NCBI RefSeq assembly: GCF_009914755.1
Contig: NC_060936.1
Source: the human T2T-CHM13v2.0 reference genome, Homo sapiens
DNA: 64,000 nt
Strand: one strand, 5' to 3'
The notes beneath the pieces are model-generated. The model did not search any database. It saw nothing but the letters and a program-made list of their open reading frames with translations, and was not told the DNA's origin. Shown piece by piece: positions 33,079 through 47,078 of the stretch; position 1 is the stretch's first letter, and each line of letters begins with the position of its first letter. The translations under genes were made by a program, and so were the position numbers.

Positions 33079-36000
33079 TCACAGGCCCTTGGCCAGCCTT
33101 GGAGAACCTAGTGGAGCATGGCATCCGCCAGGAAGGTAGACATGTAGGTCATGGGGAGGTAGAGAAGCTTGGTGTCCCAGCCAGCTGTGTAGCAAGTGCA
33201 GGGGTGGCAGGCGGTCAGCACATGCTCCATGCAGTCAGTCACCAATGATAGATTTGTATTGCATTTTGACCAAAGGCTCCTAGGTGCTTTTCTGAGGCCT
33301 GTTCAGAATGAGAAAACATCCTTAATGTACTAGCACATCCCTCCCCTCCCATTTAGAGCTCTGAATTGGAAGGAGAGTGTCTAAGAATCCCTGGGCCCCT
33401 CAATGATATGCCTCAAGTCTAATCCACCCATATTCCCCAGGGAGTGCCCCAACCCTCACTGCAGCAAAACCTGTTCCACACTAAGCCCCCTCTGCCTCTC
33501 TTCCTGAGATATCTGGACTGCATAAATTGAAGGTCTCTACTAACAGCCTAAGAACATGAAAATCAGCTGTCTCTAAACCCAGCTGCCCATGAGCCCACAG
33601 GTGTCCACCCTCTCTGGCTTTAGTTTCCTCTTCAAAATAACGAGAGGTTCAGATTAGCCAGTGGTTTCAATTATAGGAGCTTCAATTCTTCTTTTAGGTG
33701 ACCAGTTGACCACACAGCTAAATGGACTAAATGTCCTCACTTTGTTGGGGAGGCAGAGTTTGGAGGACAGATTCTCATACTGTTGGAGGCACTAATGATG
33801 GACCCAGACTTCTAGACAAGGATTTCTTTATCTCCCCACTGTCCACAGCTCACTCACGGGATATCAGAAACTTCTCCCCATACGTCTCCTTGACCTCGGG
33901 GCTGGCCTAGTCCGACAGCTCCTTGAGGTTCTGTAAATGCCTCTCAGAGCCGGCCATACTGGTCCTGAAGTGACCAGGTTCAATCACAGACACCTTCACT
34001 CCAAAGTGGGAGAGCTCCCTCCTGCATGGCAGACATGCAGAAGGGCAAGGACTTAAGAAATTTTGGGAGGCAAAATACAAAAAACAAAGAAACCCAATAC
34101 AAACCCAGCATGCAACGACAGTGGGAGATGCAAGAAAGCTTGGAGAGTTGGGAAGGGCAGCAGATAGCAGATAAAAGTTATGATGGTGGCCTTGCCTCTC
34201 TCTGGGGTTTCCATATTTTACATACCAAAGCTTACTAGCCCTAAGTCCTACCAGTTCAAGAGCAAGGCAGCATCTCAGTGCTATCACCTCCTATGCCCCT
34301 CACATCCAATGGATCACCAGAATTCCCACATTCTACCTCCTCTGCAGTCCTCAGTCCCCTCCCTTCTTCTCCTGCCCCAGGAATCTCCCTGGCCTCTGAG
34401 CTGGGTGATGGCAGCTGTCCTCTAAGGAGCGTCCCTCTGCCTTCAGTCTGGCTCCCCACACTCACAGCCACTGGGCTCCCTGCAGTAAGTGGGTGTCTAG
34501 AAGCCGATTAGACCAAAGAGCTCCCCTGAGCAAATCCCTTTTTTGGGGGTTCCACTGCCAACAGTATGAGGCACAGCTCCTGTCCAGGGCCTCCACGAGC
34601 CCATATGCGCCCACCTGCCCAGCCTCCTCCACAGGCCTGGCCCTGTGCTTCACCTCATGAGGACCCCACAGCACAGGCAGGCAGCTGAGGCTCCCCCTAG
34701 GCCTGGGCTGAAGACAAAAGTCATTCCCCCATTTCTGTCCAAGGCTGCCAGGTGGGGATCCTCAATCTCCAGCTCAGACCCCATCTCCAGGAGCTTCCCC
34801 AATCCAGGAGGCTGCCATGGCCACCAGGGCTGACTGGGTCACAACCCCTTTGAGAACTGGCAACAATGGTTCTGGCTCTCTTGCTCCTCTCTCAGGTGTC
34901 AGAGCTTTTAGGTCAGGGCCAAAACCCTGTTGCTGTCCTGGGCTGAGTTTATTGGGCACTCATCCAAGGGCCTAAAAAGTCTGTTGTATGGACTAAGATG
35001 CTCACCCCATGTCTCCTAGGCTCCCTGCAACTGCATGTCACAGTGGCTTCATTCTGGGCTCTGGAGCCAAACATGTCAGTTCCAGTCTGCCTCAGACATT
35101 TTCTGCCTATGGGACCCCCTCAATAGGGTCAAAGGTGAGTTACAGGAACTGTTTGGTCTGGGGCCCCTCCCTCCCCAGAACATGGAGAAGCTGTTCCCAA
35201 GAAGTGGCTGGCTAAATCCATAAGGGCAACAGCACACACAGGATGAGAGAGAGGGATCTCAATAAGGGGCCTCTAAGGCTACAATTACATAAAACTACTG
35301 CAAATGGTTCCCACAGAAGAACAGGTGCAGGAGGATGAGGGAGGGCCCTGTCCCAGGCCAATACCAGAGGGAGTCGGAGAAGGCCTCCACGCTGTACTTG
35401 GAGATGCAGTAGCCTGCACCAAAAAGTGAAACCCGGCCTGCGATGCTGGAGAGGTTGACCATGCAGCCCCTGGCCTTCCTCATTAGGGCAGCAGGATCAG
35501 AGTCACATCAATCATCCCCAACAGGTTCATGTCCAGTTCCATCACAAAGTTGGTCACTTTGTGACCAACAGGTCACAAAGTCCTGTTCCATCAACTACTC
35601 ATTGCAGCTGGAGGGCAGGCAGATGCCAGAGTTATTCACCAGGCCCCAGAGTCCTGGGATGGCCAGAAGATGAGAGCATCACTCTTGTGTTTGTGCAGGT
35701 GGACACAGTTAGGGTGCAAGTTCATTTTCTAGTTCAATGTATTTATTGAGTCAACAAGTGTGCTACATGGAATAAGGGAAAGGAGTGGAGGAGAGGAAAC
35801 AAGGATGGGGAGGCTTCAGAGTTTCAAGGTTTGCACCCATTTCAAGGTATTGGGGGGTGAGGGGTGGTCCTTCCCATCTCTGCTCCTAGTGCCTGGCACC
35901 CAGCATGCAGTAAAGCCAATGCTGTGAAGTGCATGGACAGAACTTGAGAAAACAGAATGAGGGTCCAACAAATATCTCTCCAGGGGAGAGAGACAGAGAC

Positions 36001-37831
36001 AGGAAATAGGAAGACAGGAATGGGCTAAGACAGAGAAACCAAGGGGAAAGGACAGAAGAGAAAAAGAAAAAGGAAAGAATAAGAAAAACACATGAGTAAT
36101 TACTTTCTGCATCCTGTTTAGGAGAGATACACTTAAATCCTAAGACTAGGGGAAGTTAGAGAGCAGGCCTGCACTGGGCATCAGGGGACAAGCTGTGCTA
36201 CAACCTGCATCAATGTCAAGGCAATATCTGTCCTGGAAGAAAAGGTCACCTTGTGTACCTGGGAATCCCAAAGCTCACTGTGGACTGAATGGCCAGAGCA
36301 GGAGGGGAGGAGGGAAAGAGGTCTCATGCCACACAGGTGTCCAGACTGCACTCTCTGCCCCAGGAAGTACCACCTTTTCCTCCCACCATCTCATAAGGCC
36401 ACCTCTGCCCTATCCCCATAGGGTCCAGCAAGCTTTGGGGAAGACTCTACAGAAGACATAGGGGAGCAAACTAATAGCATGAAAGATCTGGAGTAGTCAG
36501 AGCTACAGAACTACGGACTCCAGGCCAGCAGGGGCAGGGGTGTGAGTGGGTGAGGGCTGGGGGGTACAGGAGACGGAGACTGACCCTAGGAATATTGGAA
36601 AAACAATAAGGCCTGCAATGGTGGCCCTTCCCCTACTCAGAAACCTTTCCTGGACTTGAAGGAATGAGGATTATTTGATTCAATAGTTGTACTTTTCTTG
36701 AATAGCACTGCTAAGCCTGTCAACAAACCTTGGTAGAGAATCGCTACTGAGATGTTATTTATGCCAGGAAAAGTGGGTAACAAACTTCGGCATTCAACAA
36801 TATAGAATCCCTTTAACAAATTATGGCCTCTCCACATGCTGGAATATGGAGACCTTGATTGTTATGTTGGGGAAGAAACTTGATGATGAAAATGCTGACC
36901 CCAGAATGTGTAAAGTAGAGGGAAATTAACCCTGGAGGCTGGGATTAGGGGGAATGTTGTTTCACTCTCATCCTCTTCTATGATTTCTCCAATGAGAAAT
37001 CCTATCTTATCCTCCTATCTATCCAATCTTATCCTCTTCTATAATTTCTTCATGTTTTCCATTTACAATCAGAACAAAGCAATCAATGATCTCCCTTTCC
37101 CCAAAAGGAACAGGATTCATCACTCGGTGTTTGATGTGAAGTCCCTTCAGCTCTCCAAGCCCCAGTGTCCTCGTGAATCAAGCGGAGATCATCTTAAAGC
37201 CCTCAACAGGGACAAGTGTGAAGGAACCAGTAAGAGAATGCTGAGATCAGAAGCCTGGATCCTGCCCAGCCCCATCCCCGATGGTCTCATGCCAACCGTC
37301 AGGACCCAACGTTATCCAGAGACTGGGCTCTAACCACAGCCTGGACTCCTCTAACCCTGGGCCCAGCCACAACCACTCTAGGACTTCTGCTTTGGAAAAC
37401 AGAAAGCTCAAGCCCCCGAAAATAAAAGTCCTGGAAATGTTCCCAGTTAGCAGACACTAGGTCTCCCCTAGTGACACAGAGAGAAGAGAAACAAACAGGC
37501 ACTAGGAGGGATTGAGGTGGTCCCTCTGTCCCCCACACACTCCTTCACCCACTGGGCAGCTGCAGCAATGCTCTCTGTCTTGGTGATGTCCATGGTCACC
37601 GTCTCCAGCCTGTCTGAAGTCTGGCCCCTCAGCTGCTTGGTCCCCTTCTCTGTCCTACATGCAGCTCCCGCAAGCCTGTGCATTCAGTTGTCTGGCCAGT
37701 AGCTTCCTGAAGCGTGAGTCACAGCTCATGATGAACACGTACTTGTCTCTCAGGTGACTCACCACCTGCCTCTCCCAGTACCAGTGCAGAAGGTAGTATA
37801 GGCCCAGGAGGACCGCCAGGTAGAGCCACAT
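33079..37831 (-). pseudogene. Unprocessed RDH16-like pseudogene (tandem duplicate, 4 exon remnants)
   Basis: Exon remnants at ~37524-37831, 35365-35653, 33858-34021 and 33079-33298. Lesions: TGCDSGFG changed to MSCDSRFR, exon-1 frameshift, exon-1 donor GT>GG, ~30 nt insertion in exon 2, in-frame TAG at 33909-33907 in exon 3, TAG in exon 4. YCISK is retained. Confidence 0.93.
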
Positions 37832-38245
37832 GGCTTTGCAGAGGACAGACCCAGACGGGCTGGGGTGAAGTGAGAGTCTGGCCTCTGTTCAGACAGGAGG
37901 ACTTAAGAACACAGAGGGCTGAGGTAGGCAGGGAAGCCCTCAGGCATTTTGGCAGAAAGTCCTCACTTTCCTCTCTGATCACTGTCTTTCTGCACCATTT
38001 TTTATCCTGGCTTCATCTCTCTGCTCTTTCAACTGCCTTTGCAGGTGTTCATGCATGCAACTGCAAACCCCAAGCTCTGCCCAGTGAGTAGTTATCACTA
38101 CTCAGCAATGCTTCCCTAGTCCACCAATGCCTCTCTGCCTTGCTGTGCCTACTCAGGTGTCCACACAGGGGCCCACACACACACACCATGAAACACACCA
38201 CTCTGATCTACAAACAAGGGTCAGAACTTGTCTCTACATATCTTG

Positions 38246-38640
38246 TGATATGGTTTGGATATTTGTGCCACCAAAATTGCATGTTGAAATGCGTTCCCCA
38301 ATATTGGAGGCAGGAGCTGGTGGGAGGTGTTGGGTCATGGTAGTGGATCCCTCATGGCTTGGTGCTGTCCTGGAGACACTGGAATGAGTTGTGATGGGAT
38401 CTGGTTGTTTAAAAGTGTGGCACCTCCCCAGCTCTCTCTTTCTTGCTCCCACTTGCCATGTGACAAATCAGCTCCCCCTTTGACTTCTGCAGTGATTATA
38501 AGCTTCCTGATGCCTCACCAGGAGCCAAGCAGATGCATGCTTGTACAGCCTGCAGAACCATGAGCCAATTAAACCTGTTTTCTTTATAAATTACCCAGTC
38601 TCAGGTATTTATTATAGCAACACAAGAACGGCCTAACACA
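38246..38640 (+). mobile_element. MaLR solo LTR (MST-type) in the pseudogene upstream region
   Basis: tgatatggtttggat...ccaattaaacct...ataaattacccagtctcaggtatt...ctaacaca; absent from copy A. Confidence 0.85.
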
Positions 38641-39569
38641 CATTGTATACCAACACTCCTGGACCATGGTCTCCCAGAAAACAGACTTTACTGGGAAGCT
38701 ACACATGGTTTCCAGGCACATTCAGTGGAAATCCTGCTCTGAGCCTGAGTTTCCTCATCCCACCCAGCATCCAGAATCAATCACTCCCCAGAAAAGTAGG
38801 GCACGATCAGGCTCTCTAGGATGAGAAGGAGAAGGCAAAAAAGTGAACAAGAGCAAGTCCCCTCCTGCTACAGTAGTTTTCTGGGGCAGAAAGATGTGGA
38901 ACACCCACAGGGAGAGTCCAACCTCACAGGTAAAGAAAGGGGAAAGAAGGGAATGGAGCCTTGGAACCCACAGGAAGGAAGTACCCAGGGCTGCTGGGAA
39001 GGGGAATGGAATGACTTATGCAGGTGTCACAGGGCTCACCTGCTCACCTCCTGATATGCCCTGGGTGCTGGCTCCACTGCCCTCTGCCCTCCCCTGTCAG
39101 GGCCCACATCCAGGATCTGGACCCCTCAGACACTGAGAGGCTAAAAACATTGCTCATTTGAACAAGGACAATGAGGATGGTGGTCCAAAACCTTGCCCAA
39201 GCAGGGAAGGATATGAACCCTAGTAACTGTAAAGGTATTACTTCAGTTTGTATCAGGGTGTTGATGGACAGGAGGGATCTCCTTCTCAGGAGACTACAGA
39301 AAGGGGTACAGACTGGACCTCTGCTGTCCATGGAGGGTCCCTCGGTGTGAGGTCGAGGAAACTATTTCATAACTGGTGGGCAGGATGTAGAGGGGCAGGG
39401 AGCTGGGGGAGTAGGTGTGGGACAGAATAATCCAGGGTTTATTTGCACTGGGCCTCTCTCCCACTGTCCATGTTTGCCCAATTTCTGTCCCCTAATTGAA
39501 GGAAGAAGTGGAGATGGACTGGGAGGGGGAAGGAGAGGTTTCCTGCAGAAACCAGAGGCTAGCAAAGAG

Positions 39570-39588
39570 CCGCGCGCCCCCTGGTGGT
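39570..39588 (-). promoter_or_regulatory. Strong CTCF motif CCACCAGGGGGCGC
   Basis: gcgccccctggtgg at 39574-39587 matches the CTCF core consensus. Confidence 0.7.
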
Positions 39589-41390
39589 TCTTCTCTAGCC
39601 CTGCAGTCACGACGTGGGCATCGGCCTGGGATCAGCCAAGGCTCTTCAGCTCATCCCAATGGCCACTCTCTCCAGCATCGGGGAGCCCCCATATCTCCCT
39701 GCACGGATCCTCCAAGAAGGAGGGAAACAGCAAGACTGCTGGCTGGTAAGAGACTGGACTACTGTTAATTAAGCAACATGGATGGTGCCTTGAGTGTGCT
39801 GCATACTAGAGGTTTGACAGACTCGGAGCCCCTTGAGGGCTCCGAGACTGAGTCCAGTCATTTTTGTATTTCCAGCCCCGGCAGTGCTAGCTTCTAGCAG
39901 AGATGAAGGAATGTTGAGGTAGCTGACACTGCAACATCTGGCTTCGCTTTCCATTTTCATCACTATTTCTTACATCATGCGACAATATGAGATTTCCTAA
40001 AGCCTCCATTTTTCTCATCTTTATAACGAGGGAGGAGAATCAAGATGACTTTGTCAAGTCCTCCCATCTCCAATTTCAGGGAGTCTAAGAATCCATATGC
40101 CTTTATTAAAATGGTGAAAACTTAGAAAGATGGGGTCTTGGGAAGCACTGGAGAATTTCTGACCAGCATACATTAGGTGCTCAACAAAAGTTAACAGAAA
40201 CGGAAGAAATCTGGAACCAACAAGAGACTTACCACATCTACAGAGAGGCTGGGGGAGGGGTGCAGATCAGGAGATGGGAGAGTGAGGGAGAAACAGAAGC
40301 TGGGAGAGATAGGAGACCAAAGGAAGGGGGAAGGGTGGCGGCATGCGGGGAGGCTGCTAGTGCTGTAGGCGGCAGAGGGATATTAATAGTACCTGGGGCC
40401 CTTCCAGTCTCTTATCAGTCTTTTCAAGCTTCCTCTTCCTTAGACTGATGTCACACCCTCCCTTCTCACACTTGGGAAATCACAGAGGAAACAGTTGTCC
40501 TTCATCTAGTGAAAGATAGGGAATGGGAAGCAAAGACATTCACTTTCCCCTTTTCAAATCCCTCCGAGATCATCCTACAAATCCCTCAGCCTTCATGAAG
40601 GAGACACCTCCTTCCTCATGCAAGAAATTTCCTAGAATTCCCAGGGCTGAGTCAGCTCCACACAAGTGGATACCCAACATTGCTGTTTTTATCCTGACCC
40701 CAGTCTAGCAGAAGCTCTCCAAGGGTCATTTTTTTTTAAAGCTTTTGGACATCATGGGCCCCTTCGAGAATCTAAGGAAGGTTATAAGCCCCCCACATAA
40801 CACAACAATCAAAAACTTGCTTATACTTTTCATACAGTTCACACCTAAAACCATTAGCTGCATGGAATCCAGCTCAAGAATCCTTGTAATATGGGCTTAT
40901 TGACCTACTAGCTGTGTGACTGGGGCAAGTTATTTAAAGTTTCTGTGCTTCAGTTTCCTTGTCGATGGTAGTACCCACTCCATGAAGTTGTTATGAGGAT
41001 TAAATGAGGTGATATGGATAAAGCCCCTTACAACTGTGTCTAGCCAATGGTGCGTATTCAATAAACATCAGCTGTTACTATTACTACATTTCTCTGTGGT
41101 AATTCATAGTGACATTTGGGAATGTTCCCACCCTTCTATGTAAAAAACACAACCCAAGACAGCCAAATAAAAGAGGAGGCTCATGTTGATCTAATTCAGA
41201 GAGGAAAAAAATGGCTGGTGGTAATAGGACTAGAGAGGTCTCTCAGTGTCAATTCCACAAGATGGGATTCCTTTTTCCTTATCCCCATGAAGTGGAAAAG
41301 GAGCATGCTTGTATATATTATCTCATGTATCCCATATAATAACCTGTAAGGGAAGCATCATTATCCTCACTTTACATATTAAGAAACTGA

Positions 41391-42664
41391 CATTAAACTC
41401 CTATCTCTCACCAGACACAAAAATCAACTCAAGATGGATTAAAGACTTACATATAAGACCCAAAACTATTATTAAATTATTAGAAGAAAATCTAGTATTG
41501 CAGGAAAAATCTACTATCTAGTATAAGGAAAAGTCTCCTGGACATTGGACTAGGCAAAGAATTTATGACTAAGATCTCAGAAGCACAGGCAACAAAAACA
41601 AAAATAAACAACTGGGACTTAACTAAACTAAAAAGCTCTGCACAACAAAAGAAATAAGCAACAGAATGAACAACCCGCAGAACTGGAGAAAATATTTGTA
41701 AACTATTCATCTGACAGGGGAGATATCCAAAATATACAAAGAACTCGAGCAAGAAAAAAAAAAACCCCACAAATAATCCCACTAAAATGTGGGCAAATGA
41801 CATGAATAGACATTTTTCAAAAGAAGACATTTTTCAAAAGACATTTTTCAAATGGCCAACAGATATATGAAAAAATGCTCAACATCACTAATCATCAGAG
41901 GAATGCAAATAAAAACCATGACGCGATATCATCGTACCCCAGTCAGAATGGCTATTATTAAAAAGATAAAAAAAAAAACAGATGTTGGCAAGAATGTGGA
42001 GCACAGAGAACTCTTAGACATTGCTGGTGGGAATGTGAACTAGTACAACTTCTATGGAAAACAGTATGCAGATTTTTCAAAAAACTAAAAGTAGAACTGC
42101 CATTCGACCCAGCAATCCCACTACTGGGTATTTACTCAAAGGGGAAGAAATCAGTACATTAAAAAGACACCTGCACTAGTATGTTTATCACAGCCCTATT
42201 CACAATAGCAAAGACATGGAATCAACCTAAGTGTCCATCAACGAATAAAAGGATAAAGAAAATGTGGTATATATACACAATGGAATACTATTTGGCCATA
42301 AAAAGGAATGAAATTATGTCTTTTGCAGCAATGTGGATGGAACTGGAGATCATTATTTTAAGTAAAACAATCGAGGCACAGAAAATCAAATATTGCATGT
42401 TCTCACTCATAATGTGAGTGCTAAAAGATGTGTACACATGGATGTGGAGAGTGAAATGGTAAACAGTGAAAACTTGGAAGGAAGAGGGAATGGGAGAGGA
42501 GTGGATGATGAGAAATTAGTCAATGGGTACAATGCATGTTATGCTTGTGGTGGATACCCTAAAAGCCCTGGCTTGACCAACATGCAACCTATTCATGTAA
42601 CAAAACTGCACATGTACCACATCAATCTGTACAAATAAATATTTAAAAACAAAAAACAAAAGAA
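41391..42664 (+). mobile_element. Old 5'-truncated L1 (L1MA-type) inserted in a MIR-like remnant
   Basis: ORF2 C-terminal remnants and A tail. TSD aagaaactga at 41381-41390 and 42665-42674. Confidence 0.82.
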
Positions 42665-43952
42665 AAGAAACTGAGATTCAGAAAGGTTAAGTGACCTGCC
42701 CAAGATCACACAGCTACCAAGTGGTGGAAAAAAGTGTCAAAAACAGGTCTGACTCAAAAACTGGTGTTATCTCCACAGTGTCTCGTGAAGGGCCGGTGAA
42801 GAGGGAAGAACTGAGCAGAGAGAGCCAAGGACAGGGTAGTGGGGCACAGGCTTTGAGGAGCCTGGAAAGCTCCTAATCTGGTACTTCTGGGCAAACCAGA
42901 TTCCTCTCTAGCTTGGGGAAGCTGGTGGCAGGAGGGCAGAACAACCTCCACGACTAGACTTGGCTTCCTGACTCAGTGGCCTTCTGGAAGTTCACACTGT
43001 GGACGCGAGTGCAATTACTGCCAAATCCCTCAGCCTTAACCTGTCCACAAAGCACCTGCCTCCACCCCATAAGCCAGGCACGTGGGTTGATCCCTGGGAC
43101 AGCCTGCCTCACCCCTTCTGCCAGGGTCCAAGCACAGCCCTTTGCCTAACCTGACCCTGGAAAGTCGTCTGCCTTTATCTCTGCCTCCCAATACCTCCTC
43201 CCTGGTACCTTCCTTCCTTTCTGATTGTTGATCGCAAAATCTTGTCTACACTTTTTTGGGGAAAAAAAGTGGGGCGGGGAGGAAAAAGAGTAAATTTCCA
43301 GGAATTGTTTCACTGCTGCTGTTTCTGCTGCATAGGGCAAAGCTGCTGGCCTGCTCCTTTTGCCCAGGTTGGCGAGGAGCCTGGCCTCCTGCTCCTCCCT
43401 CTTTCTCTTCCTCCCAGTCTCTCTCTTTCCAGCTGCACCCCACCCCCTAAAAAGCCCCACATGAAAACTGCAGAGCTATCACTTATTTCTTCCTGAGGGA
43501 GGAGCTTTCCCTCTGAGCCTCTGCCAGAAGGAACCACCATCACTTCCTCTTTCTACAAATACACATTGGGTGACAGGAATAGGTGGGAGAAGGCAGCAGG
43601 TAGAGGTGAGGCTGCAGGGGGGATGTCTCCATATGGGAAGGACAATTCAGAGACCCAGGAGACAGGAGCCACTAAAGGGCAGTCTTGTGAGGAACGGAAG
43701 TGGTCACAGATGTGGCCATCTGGAGAGGACAAAGACCAGACCAGGGCCTTCCTTGGAGGGTGCTTGATCTAGGACAGGCTTCATTTGCATGGGTCAAAAG
43801 CATGTAGTGGGAAGGGGAAATTCTCAGAAGGCTCCTTACTGAAGAAAAATATCAATGGGATAGAAACTAAGACCCTAAAGGGAGAGAATAAGAGCAAAAC
43901 TAACTGAAAAATCGAAGTAAGCCACATTTCACACTGTCATGGTTCATCATGA

Positions 43953-44601
<649 letters not shown>

Positions 44602-44659
44602 TGATATGTAAGTGGAAGGTTTAAGAAAACTACAAAACTACAAAATGAAAAATATTCCC

Positions 44660-44836
44660 TTCCATGGAGATAAATGGTGCTGATGGTTGCACAGCAGTGT
44701 AAATGCACTTAGCGCCACTGAATTGTACACTTAAAAATGGTTAACGTGGTAAACCTTACATATATTTTACCATAATAAAAGAATCAGTGAGCAAACTTTT
44801 AAAAAATGTTCTCTTTGAGTGGATAAAGAAAATGTG

Positions 44837-44868
<32 letters not shown>

Positions 44869-45222
44869 GGGAATATTACTCAGCCATGAAAGGAAATGAA
44901 GTACGGATGCATGCTCCAAAGTGAATGAACCTTGAAAACATGCTAAGTGGAAAAAAAAAAACACAGACACTGAATGTCACATATGATATGGTTCCCTTTC
45001 TATTAAGTATCCAGAATAGGTAAATCCACAGGGACAGGAAGCAGAAGGTTGGTGGTGGGGGGAATAGGATTGACTGCTTAATGGTTATGGGGTTTTCTTT
45101 GCGGGTAATGAAGATGTTTAGCACGTAGACAGAGGTGGTGTTTGCACAATGTGCATGTCTAAATGCCATTAAATCACACATTTTAAAATGGTTAATTTTA
45201 TGCTATGGGAATTTCACCTCGA
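44660..45222 (+). mobile_element. Old L1M (L1MB-type) 3' end fragments
   Basis: gccactgaattgtacacttaaaaatggttaa and tggataaagaaaatgtggt motifs. Confidence 0.6.
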
Positions 45223-45635
45223 CTTAATATATACTCAATCCCGTCCAGCCGACACACCTTTGGCTCAGGCCTAGGCCACTCTGCCATCTGCCAAGTGTGG
45301 CTTGTGTAACAGACAACTTCTCTGGGCCTCAAAGAGGGTGAAGAAATCCATCCTCCCCACAGGGGTATCTCCAGAATCCAACGAGATGAAGTGAGGTGAA
45401 AGCGCTCTGAAGGGCAGGAAGCTCTGCTGACACAAAATGTTTACCCATAACACGTGGCTTAGAGTCCCTTACCCTCTAGCTTGGCGGGAGAGAGAAGTCT
45501 GCTCTCCCTACCCCACGCCCCATCCCCTGCTCATCCCCTGCCAGCCACCCACCACACCCTTCACGCAGAGAAGTATAGAGCCACAGGGGGAGGGCGCCAT
45601 TCTCTCTCTCCCTCCCTACTCAGGAATCTCCCTGA

Positions 45636-45872
<237 letters not shown>

Positions 45873-46349
45873 TGAAGGCAGGGAGCTCACAGCCCTGTGA
45901 GGGGCTGGGGAGAATGGCAGGGGTGGGCCAGAGTTATTAAAAGCCCAACTGATGTTCAGATTTATTTTGACCCTCCCCTATACCCCCACATCCAATTTCA
46001 CTCTAGTAGGAATCAAGACAGGGGAGAGAGGGATTCCAAGCTGACTTAGGGAGAGGAAAATACATACATACGTAAAGCATTTGCCACAGGCCCCACCTGA
46101 GCTAAGCACTTTCCCTCCCTCAACAGCTCCTTTAATTCTCAAAGCATCCCTTTTAGTAGATAATAGACCCCACTTTGCAGAGGAGAGCACTGAGGCTGAG
46201 GAAAGAGGTAAATTCATTCAGCGGGTGAGGGAGGAGCTGGGATTTTAATGCTGGCAGTATGACCTCCCCGCCACTGGCACACCGGGTCTTTTGCTGGGAC
46301 ATCCCCTGTAACCGGATTGGGGGAATGCAGGAAAAACCCCATCCCTCCC

Positions 46350-46517
46350 TACAGAGCCTCAGCAGTGACAGCTACTTCCCGGATGAGAAGGGCGGCCGTG
46401 AAGCCAGCAGGGAAGCCAGCCCCACAGCCAAGGGCCCCCCAGCCTCCTCACAGCTCCCCATAGCCTGGACCTGCCGGCCCTCCCTCCAGGACCGAGGGGC
46501 TCCCAAGGGAAACTCAG
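46350..46517 (+). other. GPR182: GPR182 non-coding exon 1 (start approximate)
   Basis: Strong donor CAG|GTGAGT at 46517/46518, paired with an acceptor after a pyrimidine tract (ag at 47061-47062). Confidence 0.65.
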
Positions 46518-47078
46518 GTGAGTGTCGCCCTCTCCCAGGGAAGATGGGAATCAGGGCTTGGAGACAACTGGCTATCCTGCATGATCCACAGGTTTTCCTA
46601 GGGATGAATCAGATTGTGTGGTGTGCGTGTGTGTGTGTGTGTTCCACACTCACGGTCCAAATAACAAGACAGAAAAAGAGCAATAAAGATCTGTGCAAAA
46701 GGGCTGAGGAATGAAGTGCCAGGAGAGAGGTGGAGGTTGGAGACCACCTAGGAATGGTGGGTGTGGGGGGATTGAGGGGGTTGTTGAGGGGGAACTGGCT
46801 GGGGGTGGGGAGAAATGTTGGTGGACACCAACAGTCCTGGCCTCTTCCAGCTGAAACCCCTTAAGAAAGTATCTCTGCTCTTGGGTCAGAGCTAGCAAGT
46901 GAGTTGTGTATTATTTATTCACAGTTTGAAAGCTAAACTTCCCTTTCTTGCCTTAGCCCCAGAATCTTTCCCCAAAGCCCCCGACTCCCTCTGGCCTCTA
47001 CCTTGAGGACACAAGGCTCTCGAGGTCTGCTTTCCCTTCCAACCCTCCCTTCATCCCAATAGGCGTGTGCTGGTCCCA

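Larger units (their letters stand above)
30503..38940. repeat. Tandem segmental duplication, copy B (pseudogene unit)
   Basis: tttgctcaag at 30503 aligns to position 1; ccaacctcacaggtaaagaaag near 38940 aligns to ~10093-10114. Confidence 0.9.

Noticed and set aside
33079-37831. Second functional RDH gene
   Set aside because: Rossmann glycines lost, frameshift, dead donor and in-frame stops.
39818-39850. 10-bp inverted repeat ctcggagccc/gggctccgag
   Set aside because: Short and within a degenerate L2-like remnant; no evidence of function.
41808-41852. Triplicated agacatttttcaaa
   Set aside because: Local slippage within a dead L1 fragment.
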